Below are positions 29,918 to 39,800 of a stretch of DNA of 64,000 bases, piece by piece. The stretch lies in contig DIRK01000047.1 in NCBI GenBank assembly GCA_002427535.1, positions 1,267 to 65,266 of the forward strand, given 5' to 3'. The position numbers and the translations under genes were made by a program. The notes beneath the pieces were generated by a model, which saw nothing but the letters and a program-made list of their open reading frames with translations, was not told where the DNA came from and searched no databases. Position 1 is the first letter of the stretch. Every line of letters starts with the position of its first letter. Source of the stretch: Mageeibacillus sp. UBA5438. Lineage in GTDB: Bacteria > Bacillota > Clostridia > Saccharofermentanales > DTU023.

Positions 29918-30652
29918 TTATTCAGTGTCGCAGTCTTCGTACAGCCCGCACGCGAGCCCGTAAAGATCCATCAGCCAAATATTTCGGCCGCTGACACGTA
30001 TCAGCCCGTCTTTTTCCATGCTGATCAACTCACGCGAAAACGAAGGCCTCGGCATGGCCAACAGCCTTGCCACGACTTCTTTTGAAACAGGTAACATCAC
30101 CGCGGAGGTCGTCGGCACTTCGATCGCCTCACGCAAAGATTTCCCTTCAAAGACGAGCTGCTCTTCCAATAAGGATAGTAAATAACTTGAGATCTTAAGT
30201 CGCAGTGTCTTTTGTGACAGAAGATGAATCCTCTGATCCTGTTCACGGGTGCGGTCGGATAAAAAGGACATGTAGTTCAAAAGCAACTGCGAGCTGTTGG
30301 CAATGAGTGCGAGCAAATCTTCTCTTGAAATGAAAATCGTTTTAACAAGTGTCAACGCTTCCAAAGAGTAAGGATACAGTTTATGGGTGGAAAAAATAAG
30401 ATCTGCTCCGAAGACCGTACCGGGGCCTAACAGATTAAGTGTGGTGAATTCGCCTGTCGGTGTGTACTTCTGACGGGCCACCTGCCCTTCAATGATGACG
30501 CCAATTCCCTGGCAGGCCACCCCCTCCATAATGATCAGATGTCCCTTGCCATGCAGGTGGACATGTGTGTCCTTGCAGTATTCCAGATAGAGTTCGTGAT
30601 CCAGTCCGGCAAACAGCGACGTTGATGCCATTACTTCACAGGTTTTCTTCAT
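29918..30652 (-). CDS. Crp/Fnr-family transcriptional regulator
   Basis: cNMP-binding-like beta-roll (LFAGLD...GHLIIMEG...GVIIEGQV) plus C-terminal HTH (VSKEVVARLLAMPRPSFSRELISMEKDGLI). Start taken at MKKTCEV; the track's longer N-terminus looks non-coding. Confidence 0.8.
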   Translation of the reverse strand: MKKTCEVMASTSLFAGLDHELYLEYCKDTHVHLHGKGHLIIMEGVACQGIGVIIEGQVARQKYTPTGEFTTLNLLGPGTVFGADLIFSTHKLYPYSLEALTLVKTIFISREDLLALIANSSQLLLNYMSFLSDRTREQDQRIHLLSQKTLRLKISSYLLSLLEEQLVFEGKSLREAIEVPTTSAVMLPVSKEVVARLLAMPRPSFSRELISMEKDGLIRVSGRNIWLMDLYGLACGLYEDCDTE

Positions 30653-30859
30653 AATATAAACCAATCCCCCGACAAGCGATTTGTTACTCCTTACCAGAAT
30701 AACAAATATCCGGACGCTTGTCCCACCAAGCGCCAGCTTACGATTCAAACGATCGATACCATCACATCATAAATCATAGCACGTCAAAGGAAGCCTGGGC
30801 CTCCGCGAATCGTGCTAAGATAAGTTTACAACAAGCTCTGAGTAAAGAGGTATTGAGAG

Positions 30860-31513
30860 ATGGACCAAACATTGCGCGTCTCTGGGACGGGTCGGATGTC
30901 CGTGAAACCGGATACCATCCAACTATTTTTAACCCTGAATGACCATTTTAGCAGCTACGAAGAAGCGATCGAAACATCCGCCCTATGGACCGATCAATTG
31001 AAACAGGCTTTTTCGAAAAAGAAGTTCAAAAAGACAGAACTTACGACCCTTCATTTTTCAATCGACAGCCACTTTGAAAATGAACGCGATCCCGACGGAC
31101 AATACCGGCAGAAATTTTCAGGATACCGCTTCAATCACCAGTTATCGATTGAATTCGAGGCCGATCACAAGCGTCTGGGCGACGCGTTGACCGCCATAAT
31201 AACGAGCGCTGTTCCGGTGGAATTCAATATCCACTACGCGGTGAAAAATGTAAAAGCCATCAAGGAGCAACTGCTCCAAAAGGCGGTGTCTGACGCCGCC
31301 GATACGGCTCGCCTGTTGGCTCTATCCGCGAAGGTCAAACTGGGAAAGATGCTTCAGATCCACTACGGCAAAGAAGAACTCATCTTCCGTCAGGAAACCA
31401 TGCGAAGCGCACGCTTTCAAGGCCAGGACATCCAAGCTTCCCTCTCGCTCGACATTGAACCGGGCGAGTTAAACTTTGAAGAAACCGTCGAAATAATCTG
31501 GGAAATTTCATAA
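30860..31513 (+). CDS. SIMPL-domain (DUF541) protein, no signal peptide evident
   Basis: 217 aa. N-terminal LRVSGTGRMSVKPDTIQLFLTL is typical of the SIMPL/BP26 family. Confidence 0.7.
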   Translation: MDQTLRVSGTGRMSVKPDTIQLFLTLNDHFSSYEEAIETSALWTDQLKQAFSKKKFKKTELTTLHFSIDSHFENERDPDGQYRQKFSGYRFNHQLSIEFEADHKRLGDALTAIITSAVPVEFNIHYAVKNVKAIKEQLLQKAVSDAADTARLLALSAKVKLGKMLQIHYGKEELIFRQETMRSARFQGQDIQASLSLDIEPGELNFEETVEIIWEIS

Positions 31514-31526
31514 TAAGGACGAAGAA

Positions 31527-33272
31527 ATGGAGGCCCCTATGACCCACGAAGCACTCAAACACCTGATCGATGTGGCAGCCGGCCGGGAAATCGCCGACCT
31601 TGTCATCAAGAATTGTCAAATAGTCGATGTCGGATCGGGTGAGATCCGAAAAGGAGACATCGCGATTGTCGATGGCCTGATCGCCGGTACAGGCGATTAT
31701 GAGGGGAAAGAAGAGATCGATGCCCAGGGGCTTTACGCGCTCCCCGGCCTGATTGACGCGCATATCCATATTGAATCCGCCTTTGTGACGCCGGAAGAAA
31801 TCAGCCGACTGCTGGTGCCCTTCGGGGCCACGACCATCATCGCGGATCCGCATGAGATCGCCAATGTGGCAGGCCTCGACGGACTGAACTACATGCTCGA
31901 AGCCGCAAAAGAAGCCGCACTTCATATCGAATATGTGGTGCCTTCTTGTGTCCCCGCAACACCTTTTGAAAATGCGGGCGCCATCCTTGAAGCCAAGGAT
32001 CTTGAGGGTCCCCTAGCCGACGACCGCATCTTGGGACTTGGCGAATTTATGAATTTCCCAGGCATTATCTACGCGGACCCGGCCGTGCTTGACAAACTTA
32101 TTGCCGCAAAAAAACATAATAAACTGATCGACGGGCACAGCCCGGGGGTCAAGGGCAAGGAGTTAAATGCCTATACCTCTGCGGGAATCCTTGCTGACCA
32201 TGAATGCTCCACCGCCGAAGAGATGGAAGACCGTCTGGCAAACGGCATGTACATTCTCATGCGCCAAGGATCTGCCTGCCATAACTTAGAAGACCTGCTC
32301 CCTGTAGTGACCGACCGCAACGCGAGGCGCTGCCTTTTATGCTCAGATGACCGCCAGCCCAAAACCATTCTAGAAGAAGGGCACCTGGACGATCACTTGA
32401 GAAAATGTGTAAAATTCGGTATCCACCCGGTTGTCGCCGTCCAGATGGCGACGTTAAACGCGGCGGAAGCCTTCGGCCTGAAAGATCGGGGCGCGATCTT
32501 CCCCGGAAAACGCGCCGATATCGCGCTCATGAATAACCTCGAAGAATTCAAAGCCCGATACGTCTTCATCGACGGAAAGCTTGTGGCCGAAGACGGCCAC
32601 TACCTCCCCGAGGTGAGGCGTGCGGATACCACAGCGGTGAGAAGCAGCGTCCATGTGAAAGATTTTTCCATCGATAAGTTAAAACTGAACTTGAAAAGCG
32701 ATCGCGTGCATACCATCGACATTCTCCCGGGAGGAGTCGTCACCGGCAAGGGCATTGCGACGATCAAGCGCGATGAATCAGGCGATTTCATCTACGATCC
32801 CAACGAGGACATCGTGAAGATCGCGGTCATCGAGCGCCATAAAAATACCGGCAATGTCGCTGTCGCACTCCTTCGCGGCTACGGCATCAAAAGAGGGGCG
32901 GTCGCCTTGACGATCGCGCACGACTCACACAACGTCATTGTCGCAGGCACGAACGACGAGGATATGGCCTTTGCGGTAAAGGGATTGATCCAACAAGAAG
33001 GCGGCGTGATCCTGGTAAAAGGCAAAGAAGTGATCGGAAGCCTCCCCCTCCCGGTGGGCGGCATTATGAGCGACCGTTCGGGAGAATGGGTGAATGACAA
33101 GTTAACCGAACTGCATGAAAAGGCCGTCCGTGATTTGGGCGTCAGCAAAACAGTCGAACCGATCATGACCCTATGCTTCATGGCCCTCCCCGTGATCCCT
33201 GAGCTAAAGCTCACAGACATGGGACTTTTCGACGTCACGATCTTCAATTTCATCCCGATCGAGGCGTCCTGA
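31527..33272 (+). CDS. ade: adenine deaminase
   Basis: 581 aa. Amidohydrolase motif PGLIDAHIHIESAFVTPEE. Length and DLVIKNCQIVDV N-terminus are typical of Ade/AdeC. Confidence 0.88.
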   Translation: MEAPMTHEALKHLIDVAAGREIADLVIKNCQIVDVGSGEIRKGDIAIVDGLIAGTGDYEGKEEIDAQGLYALPGLIDAHIHIESAFVTPEEISRLLVPFGATTIIADPHEIANVAGLDGLNYMLEAAKEAALHIEYVVPSCVPATPFENAGAILEAKDLEGPLADDRILGLGEFMNFPGIIYADPAVLDKLIAAKKHNKLIDGHSPGVKGKELNAYTSAGILADHECSTAEEMEDRLANGMYILMRQGSACHNLEDLLPVVTDRNARRCLLCSDDRQPKTILEEGHLDDHLRKCVKFGIHPVVAVQMATLNAAEAFGLKDRGAIFPGKRADIALMNNLEEFKARYVFIDGKLVAEDGHYLPEVRRADTTAVRSSVHVKDFSIDKLKLNLKSDRVHTIDILPGGVVTGKGIATIKRDESGDFIYDPNEDIVKIAVIERHKNTGNVAVALLRGYGIKRGAVALTIAHDSHNVIVAGTNDEDMAFAVKGLIQQEGGVILVKGKEVIGSLPLPVGGIMSDRSGEWVNDKLTELHEKAVRDLGVSKTVEPIMTLCFMALPVIPELKLTDMGLFDVTIFNFIPIEAS

Positions 33273-33281
33273 GGCTACACC

Positions 33282-34049
33282 ATGAACGGCATGCATCGCC
33301 CCATTCGCATCGCCTGTGCGAACGTCATTTCCAGACTCGATGACATCGAGTACAACATGCGTGTGATGAAACAGGCGATGCGTGAAGCGGTGAACAATGA
33401 AGCGGACTTAATCCTGTTTGGGGAAGCCTTCCTCCAAGGCTTCGAAACCATGCGCTTTGTTTACAAGGAGGATGTTCAAAAGGCGCTCTTTCAGACAGGC
33501 GTTGAAATCACGAAGGTTCGCCAATGGGCCAAAGAACTTAAAACGGCCGTCGGTTTTGGTTACTACGAGAACAAAGCCGGCGGCCTTTATTCGTCTTATA
33601 TGTTCATCGATGAAAAAGGCGCCATCCTCAACAATTACCGCCGTGTGTCACGCGGCTGGAAGAAGTCCCACGCCAATCCCGACTACCGGGAAGGCCGCAC
33701 ATTTCAAAACTTCACATGGCGCAATCTGCGCATGACGCCTTTAGTCTGCGGTGATTTTTGGGAAGATAAATTAATCACGACCATCGCCGCCTGCGATCCT
33801 GTGACCGACCTGTTTCTTTGGCCGGTCCACTGCGACTATCCCGAGGACAAATGGGATAACGAAGAACGCAAAGCGTACAGGGAACGATCGCAGATTTTGG
33901 AAAAACCGATCCTCTTTTACAATAATTATATTGACGAAAAAAACCGCGCCCAAGGCGGAACCTATCTTTGGCAACAGGGAAAAGAGCTCTTTTCACAAGC
34001 CTATGGGGTCTCGAAAATAGCGTATCTGACATTTACTCCCGAACCATAA
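33282..34049 (+). CDS. carbon-nitrogen hydrolase (nitrilase superfamily) protein
   Basis: 255 aa. ADLILFGEAFLQGFE (catalytic Glu context), YRRVSRGWK (Lys) and LVCGDFWE (Cys) match the Glu-Lys-Cys triad order. Confidence 0.75.
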   Translation: MNGMHRPIRIACANVISRLDDIEYNMRVMKQAMREAVNNEADLILFGEAFLQGFETMRFVYKEDVQKALFQTGVEITKVRQWAKELKTAVGFGYYENKAGGLYSSYMFIDEKGAILNNYRRVSRGWKKSHANPDYREGRTFQNFTWRNLRMTPLVCGDFWEDKLITTIAACDPVTDLFLWPVHCDYPEDKWDNEERKAYRERSQILEKPILFYNNYIDEKNRAQGGTYLWQQGKELFSQAYGVSKIAYLTFTPEP

Positions 34050-34099
34050 ATGACCATGAATATTGAAAATAAAGAAAGCTTCGCTCAGCGGACACAGAG

Positions 34100-34444
34100 G
34101 GTCGGGCACGATCTTTAGAACAGCAGTGCGTATGAGACCGTGAGGAGCTTGAAAGACGTCGCGGACATCGTCGATATTTATCGGGTTGACATGATGTTTC
34201 ATGATCGAACGCTCTCCGACGATCTTTGCCGGGCGCTGTACAAGCTTCTTTTCAGGTGTTAGAGCAGATCTCTAAGAAAGTCCCCCTGGATACGGCCCTG
34301 TCCATCATGGGGCAGTACCGTCCGCGCTATTTTAACCCTTGTGAACGTCGCCCGGATATGAGAAGGCATCTCTCAGAACCAGAGTGCTTTTGGGTCTTAG
34401 ATCACGCGGACAGTCTTGGTTTCTCCAACATTTTGAGACAATAA
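34100..34444 (+). pseudogene. degraded 3' remnant of a PflX-type radical-SAM (pyruvate formate-lyase activase-like) gene
   Basis: Translation gives GHDL*NSSAYETVRSLKDVADIVDIYRVDMMFHD..., resembling the NtsgYes...DiYlpDfKy region, with in-frame TAG at 34116 and 34260. It then shifts frame into SIMGQYRPRYFNP...RHLSEPECFWVLDHADSLGF, the family C-terminus. The CxxxCxxC N-terminal half is absent. Confidence 0.55.
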
Positions 34445-34456
34445 CTACGGCGGCTG

Positions 34457-36262
34457 TTAACGAATTGCCATATGCTGTTCTATAAAACGCATCACTTGGG
34501 GATAACAGTCAAGTTTATTTTTAAGTTTCGATAACCCATGCCCCTCGTCGTCGTACACAAGGAGCTCAACTTCCACCCCCCGCGCATTCAAATATTCTTT
34601 TGCCTGATACGCCTCACTCACCGGCACTCTCGGATCATTTTTGCCGTGGATAATCATGAGCGGGCCCGTAATATTATCCACCATGGCAACCGGCGATACT
34701 TCGTAGAGTATGTTTCGATGTTTTTTGAGGCTGCCGTATTCTTCCTCACGGTGGGCACGGCGGTAGTTTGCTGTGTTCTCCAAAAACGTCACAAGGTTGA
34801 ACATCCCCACGGTGCAGACCGCGCAGCAAAATAATTCCGGCATGCGTGCCGCGGCACTCAATGTCATGAATCCTCCGTAACTTACACCCATCACTCCGAT
34901 CCGTTTGGGATCCGCAATGCCACGTTCTACTAAATCTTCCACAAGCGACCTGACATCTTTGACACTGTCCAAGCGTTTCTCAACATCGTCCAGATGCTCG
35001 TACTTTTTTCCGTAACCTGATGAGCCGCGCACATTGGGTTCCACCACTGCGATCCCCGACGCCACCATATAGTGCAAGAGCTCCTTGTAAGCAATGCCGG
35101 GGCGTGCCTGCCCCTCGGGCCCTCCGTGAATATCCAGCATGAGGGCCATCGATCCCTCTAGCCCCTTAGGCCTGTACAGAAAATAGGGTACCTCCAGCCC
35201 GTCAAAAGACTTGAAATGCAAAAGCTCAGGTTCCACAAAGTCGGAGGAGGTCAACCCCGCCATATCCGGCGTGTCAAAACAAATAAACGCATCCTTTTCA
35301 AGATCGAGCATCCACAAAGACGAAGCCTGTGTCGAACCGGCCAGCGTAAAAAGAAGACGATTGCTATCGGGCGCCCAGTGGAAGGGAAGGTATTCGGAGA
35401 TAACACCCTTCGGTGTTGCCGGTATGTTCATGCGCACATCCTCGACAAGATCGACCACATAAAGACTACTATATCCTTCTTCGTTCACATTGATTGCTAA
35501 ATAGCGGTCATTTTGCGATAAAGCGATGTTGTCGACACCCCAATCGAATAGATATTTCGGTGTGAATGTTTGGTCCTCCATACTGTACCAACCGACATAC
35601 GGAAAATCACTCCCATCGTCACTGACACAGTAAAAACCGCTGTGATCCTGTTTCCATACCGGGCTGGAATAACTTGCCTTGCGATCGATTTCAGGTGCTG
35701 CAATGGCCGTCCTCTCCTCGACATCAATCAGCCATAGGGGGTTATCCCCGCCTCCTCTTAACTTATTGACAAGAAGGTACCTGCCATTTTTGGATAGCGC
35801 GGCGGGGATGTTGTAATGGTCTTCATTTTGGATTAATATTTGTGACTTTCCGCTCTCAATATCGATGCCGATAATATCGAACGATCGCTTGTCGCGCCCG
35901 TTCGATGAGACAAGTAACGAACGCCCATCCGAAGATAATCCGCCGATCTGAAAGGCCGTCGCCTTATCAAAAGTCAAGGGGATCGCTTCACCTTTACCAT
36001 CCTTCAAGCGATGGATTTGCGGATTCTCCGTACCGGCTGTGTCGAGGCTGAAGAAGATATCGCCATTTCTGGCAAGATGCAAATCACGTATTCCTTCTTG
36101 GGTCTCAAACAGAGAAGTAATCTCCCCTGTATTGACATTGTGGCGAAGGATCGCGCGTCCTTGGGGCGCATCTCGAAGGCTCACCACCGTATCTCCATTT
36201 AGCCAATCGGCATAGTGATAACCGCTTATACTAAAATAGGCTTTCAAAAGATCCATCAACAT
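34457..36262 (-). CDS. S9-family serine peptidase (beta-propeller + alpha/beta-hydrolase, prolyl oligopeptidase/acylaminoacyl peptidase-like)
   Basis: 601 aa. Catalytic triad context GVMGVSYGGFMT (Ser), IHGKNDPRV (Asp), DDEGHGL (His). Confidence 0.85.
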   Translation of the reverse strand: MLMDLLKAYFSISGYHYADWLNGDTVVSLRDAPQGRAILRHNVNTGEITSLFETQEGIRDLHLARNGDIFFSLDTAGTENPQIHRLKDGKGEAIPLTFDKATAFQIGGLSSDGRSLLVSSNGRDKRSFDIIGIDIESGKSQILIQNEDHYNIPAALSKNGRYLLVNKLRGGGDNPLWLIDVEERTAIAAPEIDRKASYSSPVWKQDHSGFYCVSDDGSDFPYVGWYSMEDQTFTPKYLFDWGVDNIALSQNDRYLAINVNEEGYSSLYVVDLVEDVRMNIPATPKGVISEYLPFHWAPDSNRLLFTLAGSTQASSLWMLDLEKDAFICFDTPDMAGLTSSDFVEPELLHFKSFDGLEVPYFLYRPKGLEGSMALMLDIHGGPEGQARPGIAYKELLHYMVASGIAVVEPNVRGSSGYGKKYEHLDDVEKRLDSVKDVRSLVEDLVERGIADPKRIGVMGVSYGGFMTLSAAARMPELFCCAVCTVGMFNLVTFLENTANYRRAHREEEYGSLKKHRNILYEVSPVAMVDNITGPLMIIHGKNDPRVPVSEAYQAKEYLNARGVEVELLVYDDEGHGLSKLKNKLDCYPQVMRFIEQHMAIR

Positions 36263-36272
36263 CTACCTCCTG

Positions 36273-36635
36273 TTAGAAAATTGCACGAGCCAAAAAGAAG
36301 ATTCCCAAGTACACAGCACCTATAAGCGCGGCCTCAAAGTGCATCACATGCACTTTGTTTTGTTTATATTCAAAATAAGGTTCGATTCGCTCCAGCGCCT
36401 TTCGATCATGAGATCGAAAGGAAGCGAGAATGCGTGTGTAGCCGTAGGAGAACAAATCAAAAAAACCGGTCCATTCAATGACATGAAACAGAAACTTCGA
36501 CACAAACACGAGCACCGTCAAAAACAAGGCATCTTGAACGATGAACCGCGACTGCATTTTCACCGTGACTATGAACATGAGCCCCAGCACAATAACGCCT
36601 GCGAACGCATTGTAAAGAAGGCGCTTTTTACTCAT
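36273..36635 (-). CDS. small membrane protein (DUF3899-like)
   Basis: About 120 aa from MSKKRLLYNAFAG with 3-4 predicted TM helices. Start abuts the oppF stop. Only 10 nt from the downstream S9 peptidase start. Confidence 0.5.
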   Translation of the reverse strand: MSKKRLLYNAFAGVIVLGLMFIVTVKMQSRFIVQDALFLTVLVFVSKFLFHVIEWTGFFDLFSYGYTRILASFRSHDRKALERIEPYFEYKQNKVHVMHFEAALIGAVYLGIFFLARAIF

Positions 36636-37567
36636 ACTGCCTCGCCCTGTCGCACACGCTCCCATTCCGCATCACTGAGCATGACCTGATGGCCCGGCGA
36701 CACCTCCCGCATCTGCGGTTGGTTTTCCTCGGTGTAGCCATGTGCATCGTAATCGTAAGCAATTCGGCTGCGTGTCTTTTCAATGGCGGGATCCGGTATG
36801 GGGATCGCCGAAAGGAGTGATTTCGTATAAGGGTGGACCGGATTGCTGTACAGTTTCTCAGAGTCAGCAAGTTCCACGATACGGCCGCGGCTCATCACGG
36901 CGACACGCTCCGAAAAATACTTCACGACACTTAGCGCGTGGGCAATAAAAAGAATGGTGAGACCCAATTCTCTTCGAAGGTCGTTTAAAAGATTTAAAAC
37001 CTGTGCCTGGATCGACACGTCAAGTGAAGAAATGGGCTCATCGGCGATGAGCAAATCGGGATTTGTCAAAAGCGCGCGTGCGATCGAAATGCGCTGGCGC
37101 TGCCCGCCGGAAAATTCGTGCGGGTAACGAGTCGCGTGCTCGCGTGTCAACCCCACAAGGTCTAACATGCGTTCCATCTCGCGGCGCATCTCTTCCTTGG
37201 TATCATACAGGCGATTAATATAGGCGCCCTCCAAAATAATTTCTTCAACGGTCATGCGTGGGTTCAATGAGGCAATGGGGTCCTGAAACACCATTTGCAT
37301 CTTGCTTGTGACAGCCTTTGTCTCTTCTTTGGAGAGTTTCCCGTCAATTCTTTTTCCGTTAAAAGCGACCGCGCCCGCTGTGGGGCGGTATAACCGGATG
37401 ATCGTCCGACCTGTTGTTGTTTTCCCGCAGCCCGATTCACCGACAAGGCCAAAAGTTTCGCCGCGATCAATGTGGAAACTAATATCGTCGACCGCCTTCA
37501 AAACTGACCGGCGGTGACCGTAAAAGTATTTTGAGAGATTTTCTACTTTTAACAATGGTTCAGTCAC
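36632..37567 (-). CDS. oppF: oligopeptide ABC transporter ATP-binding protein OppF
   Basis: AAGGAGG-N8-GTG start at 37567 (VTEPLLKVENLSKYF) overlapping the oppD stop by 8 nt. GESGCGKTT, FSGGQRQR and LIADEPISSLD motifs plus the oligopeptide C-terminal domain NPVHPYTKSLLSAIP. Confidence 0.88.
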   Translation of the reverse strand: MTEPLLKVENLSKYFYGHRRSVLKAVDDISFHIDRGETFGLVGESGCGKTTTGRTIIRLYRPTAGAVAFNGKRIDGKLSKEETKAVTSKMQMVFQDPIASLNPRMTVEEIILEGAYINRLYDTKEEMRREMERMLDLVGLTREHATRYPHEFSGGQRQRISIARALLTNPDLLIADEPISSLDVSIQAQVLNLLNDLRRELGLTILFIAHALSVVKYFSERVAVMSRGRIVELADSEKLYSNPVHPYTKSLLSAIPIPDPAIEKTRSRIAYDYDAHGYTEENQPQMREVSPGHQVMLSDAEWERVRQGEAV

Positions 37568-38612
37568 GACCAATCCCTCCTTTTTCTTTTCTAAACCTCC
37601 AGCGCAACTCTTCAGGCATGTCTTCAATCGGCGCATCGGGATGTAACAGCCAGGTCGCCGCCCAGTGCGTATCGCTCACTTGGAACATAGGCGGTTCCTT
37701 TTCAAAATCAATTTTCATTGCGTAGTGGTTACGGGGCGCAAACGCATCGCCCTTCGGCGGCATGAGCATATTAGGAGGCGTGCCCGGAATCACGGTTAAG
37801 TCGTCCCCGCGCTTGCTTTCGAGGCTCGGCATCGAAGACAACAGACTCCAGGTATAAGGATGCTTCGCGTTGTAGAAAATATCCTCCACCGTACCGACTT
37901 CCACAATTTTTCCAGCGTACATCACGCAGACACGGTCGGCAACGTTCGCGACCACCCCCAAGTCGTGGGTGATAAAAATGACGGACAAATCTTTTTCTTG
38001 TTGTTTTTCCTTGATAAGATCAAGAATCTGCGATTGGATCGTGACATCCAAAGCGGTCGTCGGTTCGTCGCAAATCAGCAGTTCCGGATCACAGCTTAAT
38101 GCAATGGCAATCACGATTCTTTGCCGCATTCCGCCTGAAAATTGGAAGGGGTATTCGTTGAATCTTTTTTCAACCTCGGGGATGTCAACGCTTTCCATTA
38201 ACTCAAGCGCTTTTTGTTTCGCATCTGCGCGGCTCATACCCTTTTTGATTCTAAGCGTTTCGGTAATTTGCTTACCGATTTTCATCACAGGATCAAGTGC
38301 TGAAAGAGGATCCTGAAAAATCAAGCTGATTTCATTGCCTCGAATTTTACTCATCTCGTGCTCATCAAGCGCCAAAAGATCCGTCCCCTTGTAGCGGATA
38401 CTGCCTCGCAGGATCATGGCATTTTGTGTTAACAAGCGTGTGATGGCCTTTGTCGTCACCGACTTGCCCGATCCCGACTCTCCCACGATCGCTAATGTCT
38501 CGCCTTTAAACAGATCGAAGTTGACCCCTCGGATGGCCTGCACAGATCCGGAATATGTCTTGAAGTGGAGGTGCAGATCACGGACTTCCAAGATTTTCGT
38601 ACGATCACTCAT
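37560..38612 (-). CDS. oppD: oligopeptide ABC transporter ATP-binding protein OppD
   Basis: 350 aa with GESGSGKSV, FSGGMRQR, LICDEPTTALD and KHPYTWSLLSSMP motifs. Confidence 0.9.
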   Translation of the reverse strand: MSDRTKILEVRDLHLHFKTYSGSVQAIRGVNFDLFKGETLAIVGESGSGKSVTTKAITRLLTQNAMILRGSIRYKGTDLLALDEHEMSKIRGNEISLIFQDPLSALDPVMKIGKQITETLRIKKGMSRADAKQKALELMESVDIPEVEKRFNEYPFQFSGGMRQRIVIAIALSCDPELLICDEPTTALDVTIQSQILDLIKEKQQEKDLSVIFITHDLGVVANVADRVCVMYAGKIVEVGTVEDIFYNAKHPYTWSLLSSMPSLESKRGDDLTVIPGTPPNMLMPPKGDAFAPRNHYAMKIDFEKEPPMFQVSDTHWAATWLLHPDAPIEDMPEELRWRFRKEKGGIGRD

Positions 38613-39787
38613 TCTTCTGTCCCCCTTAATCTCGGATCGAAGGCATCACGCAAGCCATTGCCGAAAATATTGAAAGCCAACATCAATATGGATACAACAA
38701 GCGCGGGGAAGATCATCAGGTGAGGCGTGGTGGTCAATTTCTTCTGCGCCTCCGCAAGCAGTACCCCGATGGAGGGCTCCGGCGCGCGAATCCCAAGCCC
38801 GAGGTAGGACAGAAAAGCTTCTGCAAAAATCGCGCCCGGGATGGCAAGTGTTGCCTGTGTGATGATCGGGCCGATCGCGTTGGGGAGGATGTGGCGAAAA
38901 ATAAGGATCCGGTCTTTCGCGCCCATAATGCGTGAGGCCATCACATACTCATAGTCCTTAAAGCGGTAAAATTGTGCACGTATCATGTGACTCATCGGAA
39001 TCCAGTTCACCACGATCAGAACCAGTATAAATGACTGTATCCCTGCCCCGAGCACCATTATGAACAAAATGGACAGGACAAGGAAGGGGATGGAACCTAA
39101 CACCTCCGCTATCCTTTGCATCACCATGTCAATTTTGCCGCCGTAATAGCCTGATATGGAACCGTAAACGACGCCGATCATGCAGTTGATCAGCACTGAA
39201 ACAAAACCGATGATCAGTGAAATCCGAGATCCGCGCCACACGCGCACAAACATGTCGCGACCGATGTCATCGGTGCCAAACCAGAAATAATGGTCCTGGG
39301 CGCCGCGCAGCGTATACATGTTAACCTTAACGCGCGCCATCGGGATATCACGGCGTCTGAATGTCCAGATATACTCTTCCAGGATCTCTTCGACGGCCTC
39401 GCCGTATTCGTCAAGTTCAGCCACCTGAAGCTCCATGGTGCGGGTTCCGTCCAAAATACCGAGTTTTTCAAGCCCCTGAACTCGCGGGGGCAAAATACCG
39501 AAATCCGTATGCTGCTGCCTAAAACCATAGGGGCGAAGCAGGGGTCCGAAAATAGCAAAGGCGATCACAATCATAATGATCGTCAGCGAAACAACGGATG
39601 CGCTGTTCGCCTTAAATCGTAGCCAGGCATCTTTAAAAAAGCTGATCGGTTCCGTTTCGAACTTTTGGTCGTGAAGCACCTCGTGAAGCTGTATCATCTC
39701 AAATTCTTCAGGGGCGAGCTTTTCGCGCAATATCGCTTCTCTATCAGGTGCTTTGTAGACAAAATTATTTTTTGCTTCATCAAGCAT
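38609..39787 (-). CDS. oppC: oligopeptide ABC transporter permease OppC (long N-terminal/extracytoplasmic region)
   Basis: Start at MLDEAKNNF, 13 nt after the oppB stop. Has GTDDIGRDMF and the BPD permease EAA-loop region. Confidence 0.85.
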   Translation of the reverse strand: MLDEAKNNFVYKAPDREAILREKLAPEEFEMIQLHEVLHDQKFETEPISFFKDAWLRFKANSASVVSLTIIMIVIAFAIFGPLLRPYGFRQQHTDFGILPPRVQGLEKLGILDGTRTMELQVAELDEYGEAVEEILEEYIWTFRRRDIPMARVKVNMYTLRGAQDHYFWFGTDDIGRDMFVRVWRGSRISLIIGFVSVLINCMIGVVYGSISGYYGGKIDMVMQRIAEVLGSIPFLVLSILFIMVLGAGIQSFILVLIVVNWIPMSHMIRAQFYRFKDYEYVMASRIMGAKDRILIFRHILPNAIGPIITQATLAIPGAIFAEAFLSYLGLGIRAPEPSIGVLLAEAQKKLTTTPHLMIFPALVVSILMLAFNIFGNGLRDAFDPRLRGTEE

Positions 39788-39800
39788 TCGCTTCCGCTTC

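Noticed and set aside
30653-30859. Possible purine riboswitch upstream of the SIMPL-adenine deaminase operon.
   Set aside because: I could not find the conserved purine-riboswitch core (paired P2/P3 loops and the junction U/C-rich motifs) in either strand of this 200-nt region.
31380-31925. 181-aa minus-strand ORF inside the adenine deaminase gene.
   Set aside because: It lies fully antisense to a well-supported conserved gene, with no RBS and no recognisable domain.
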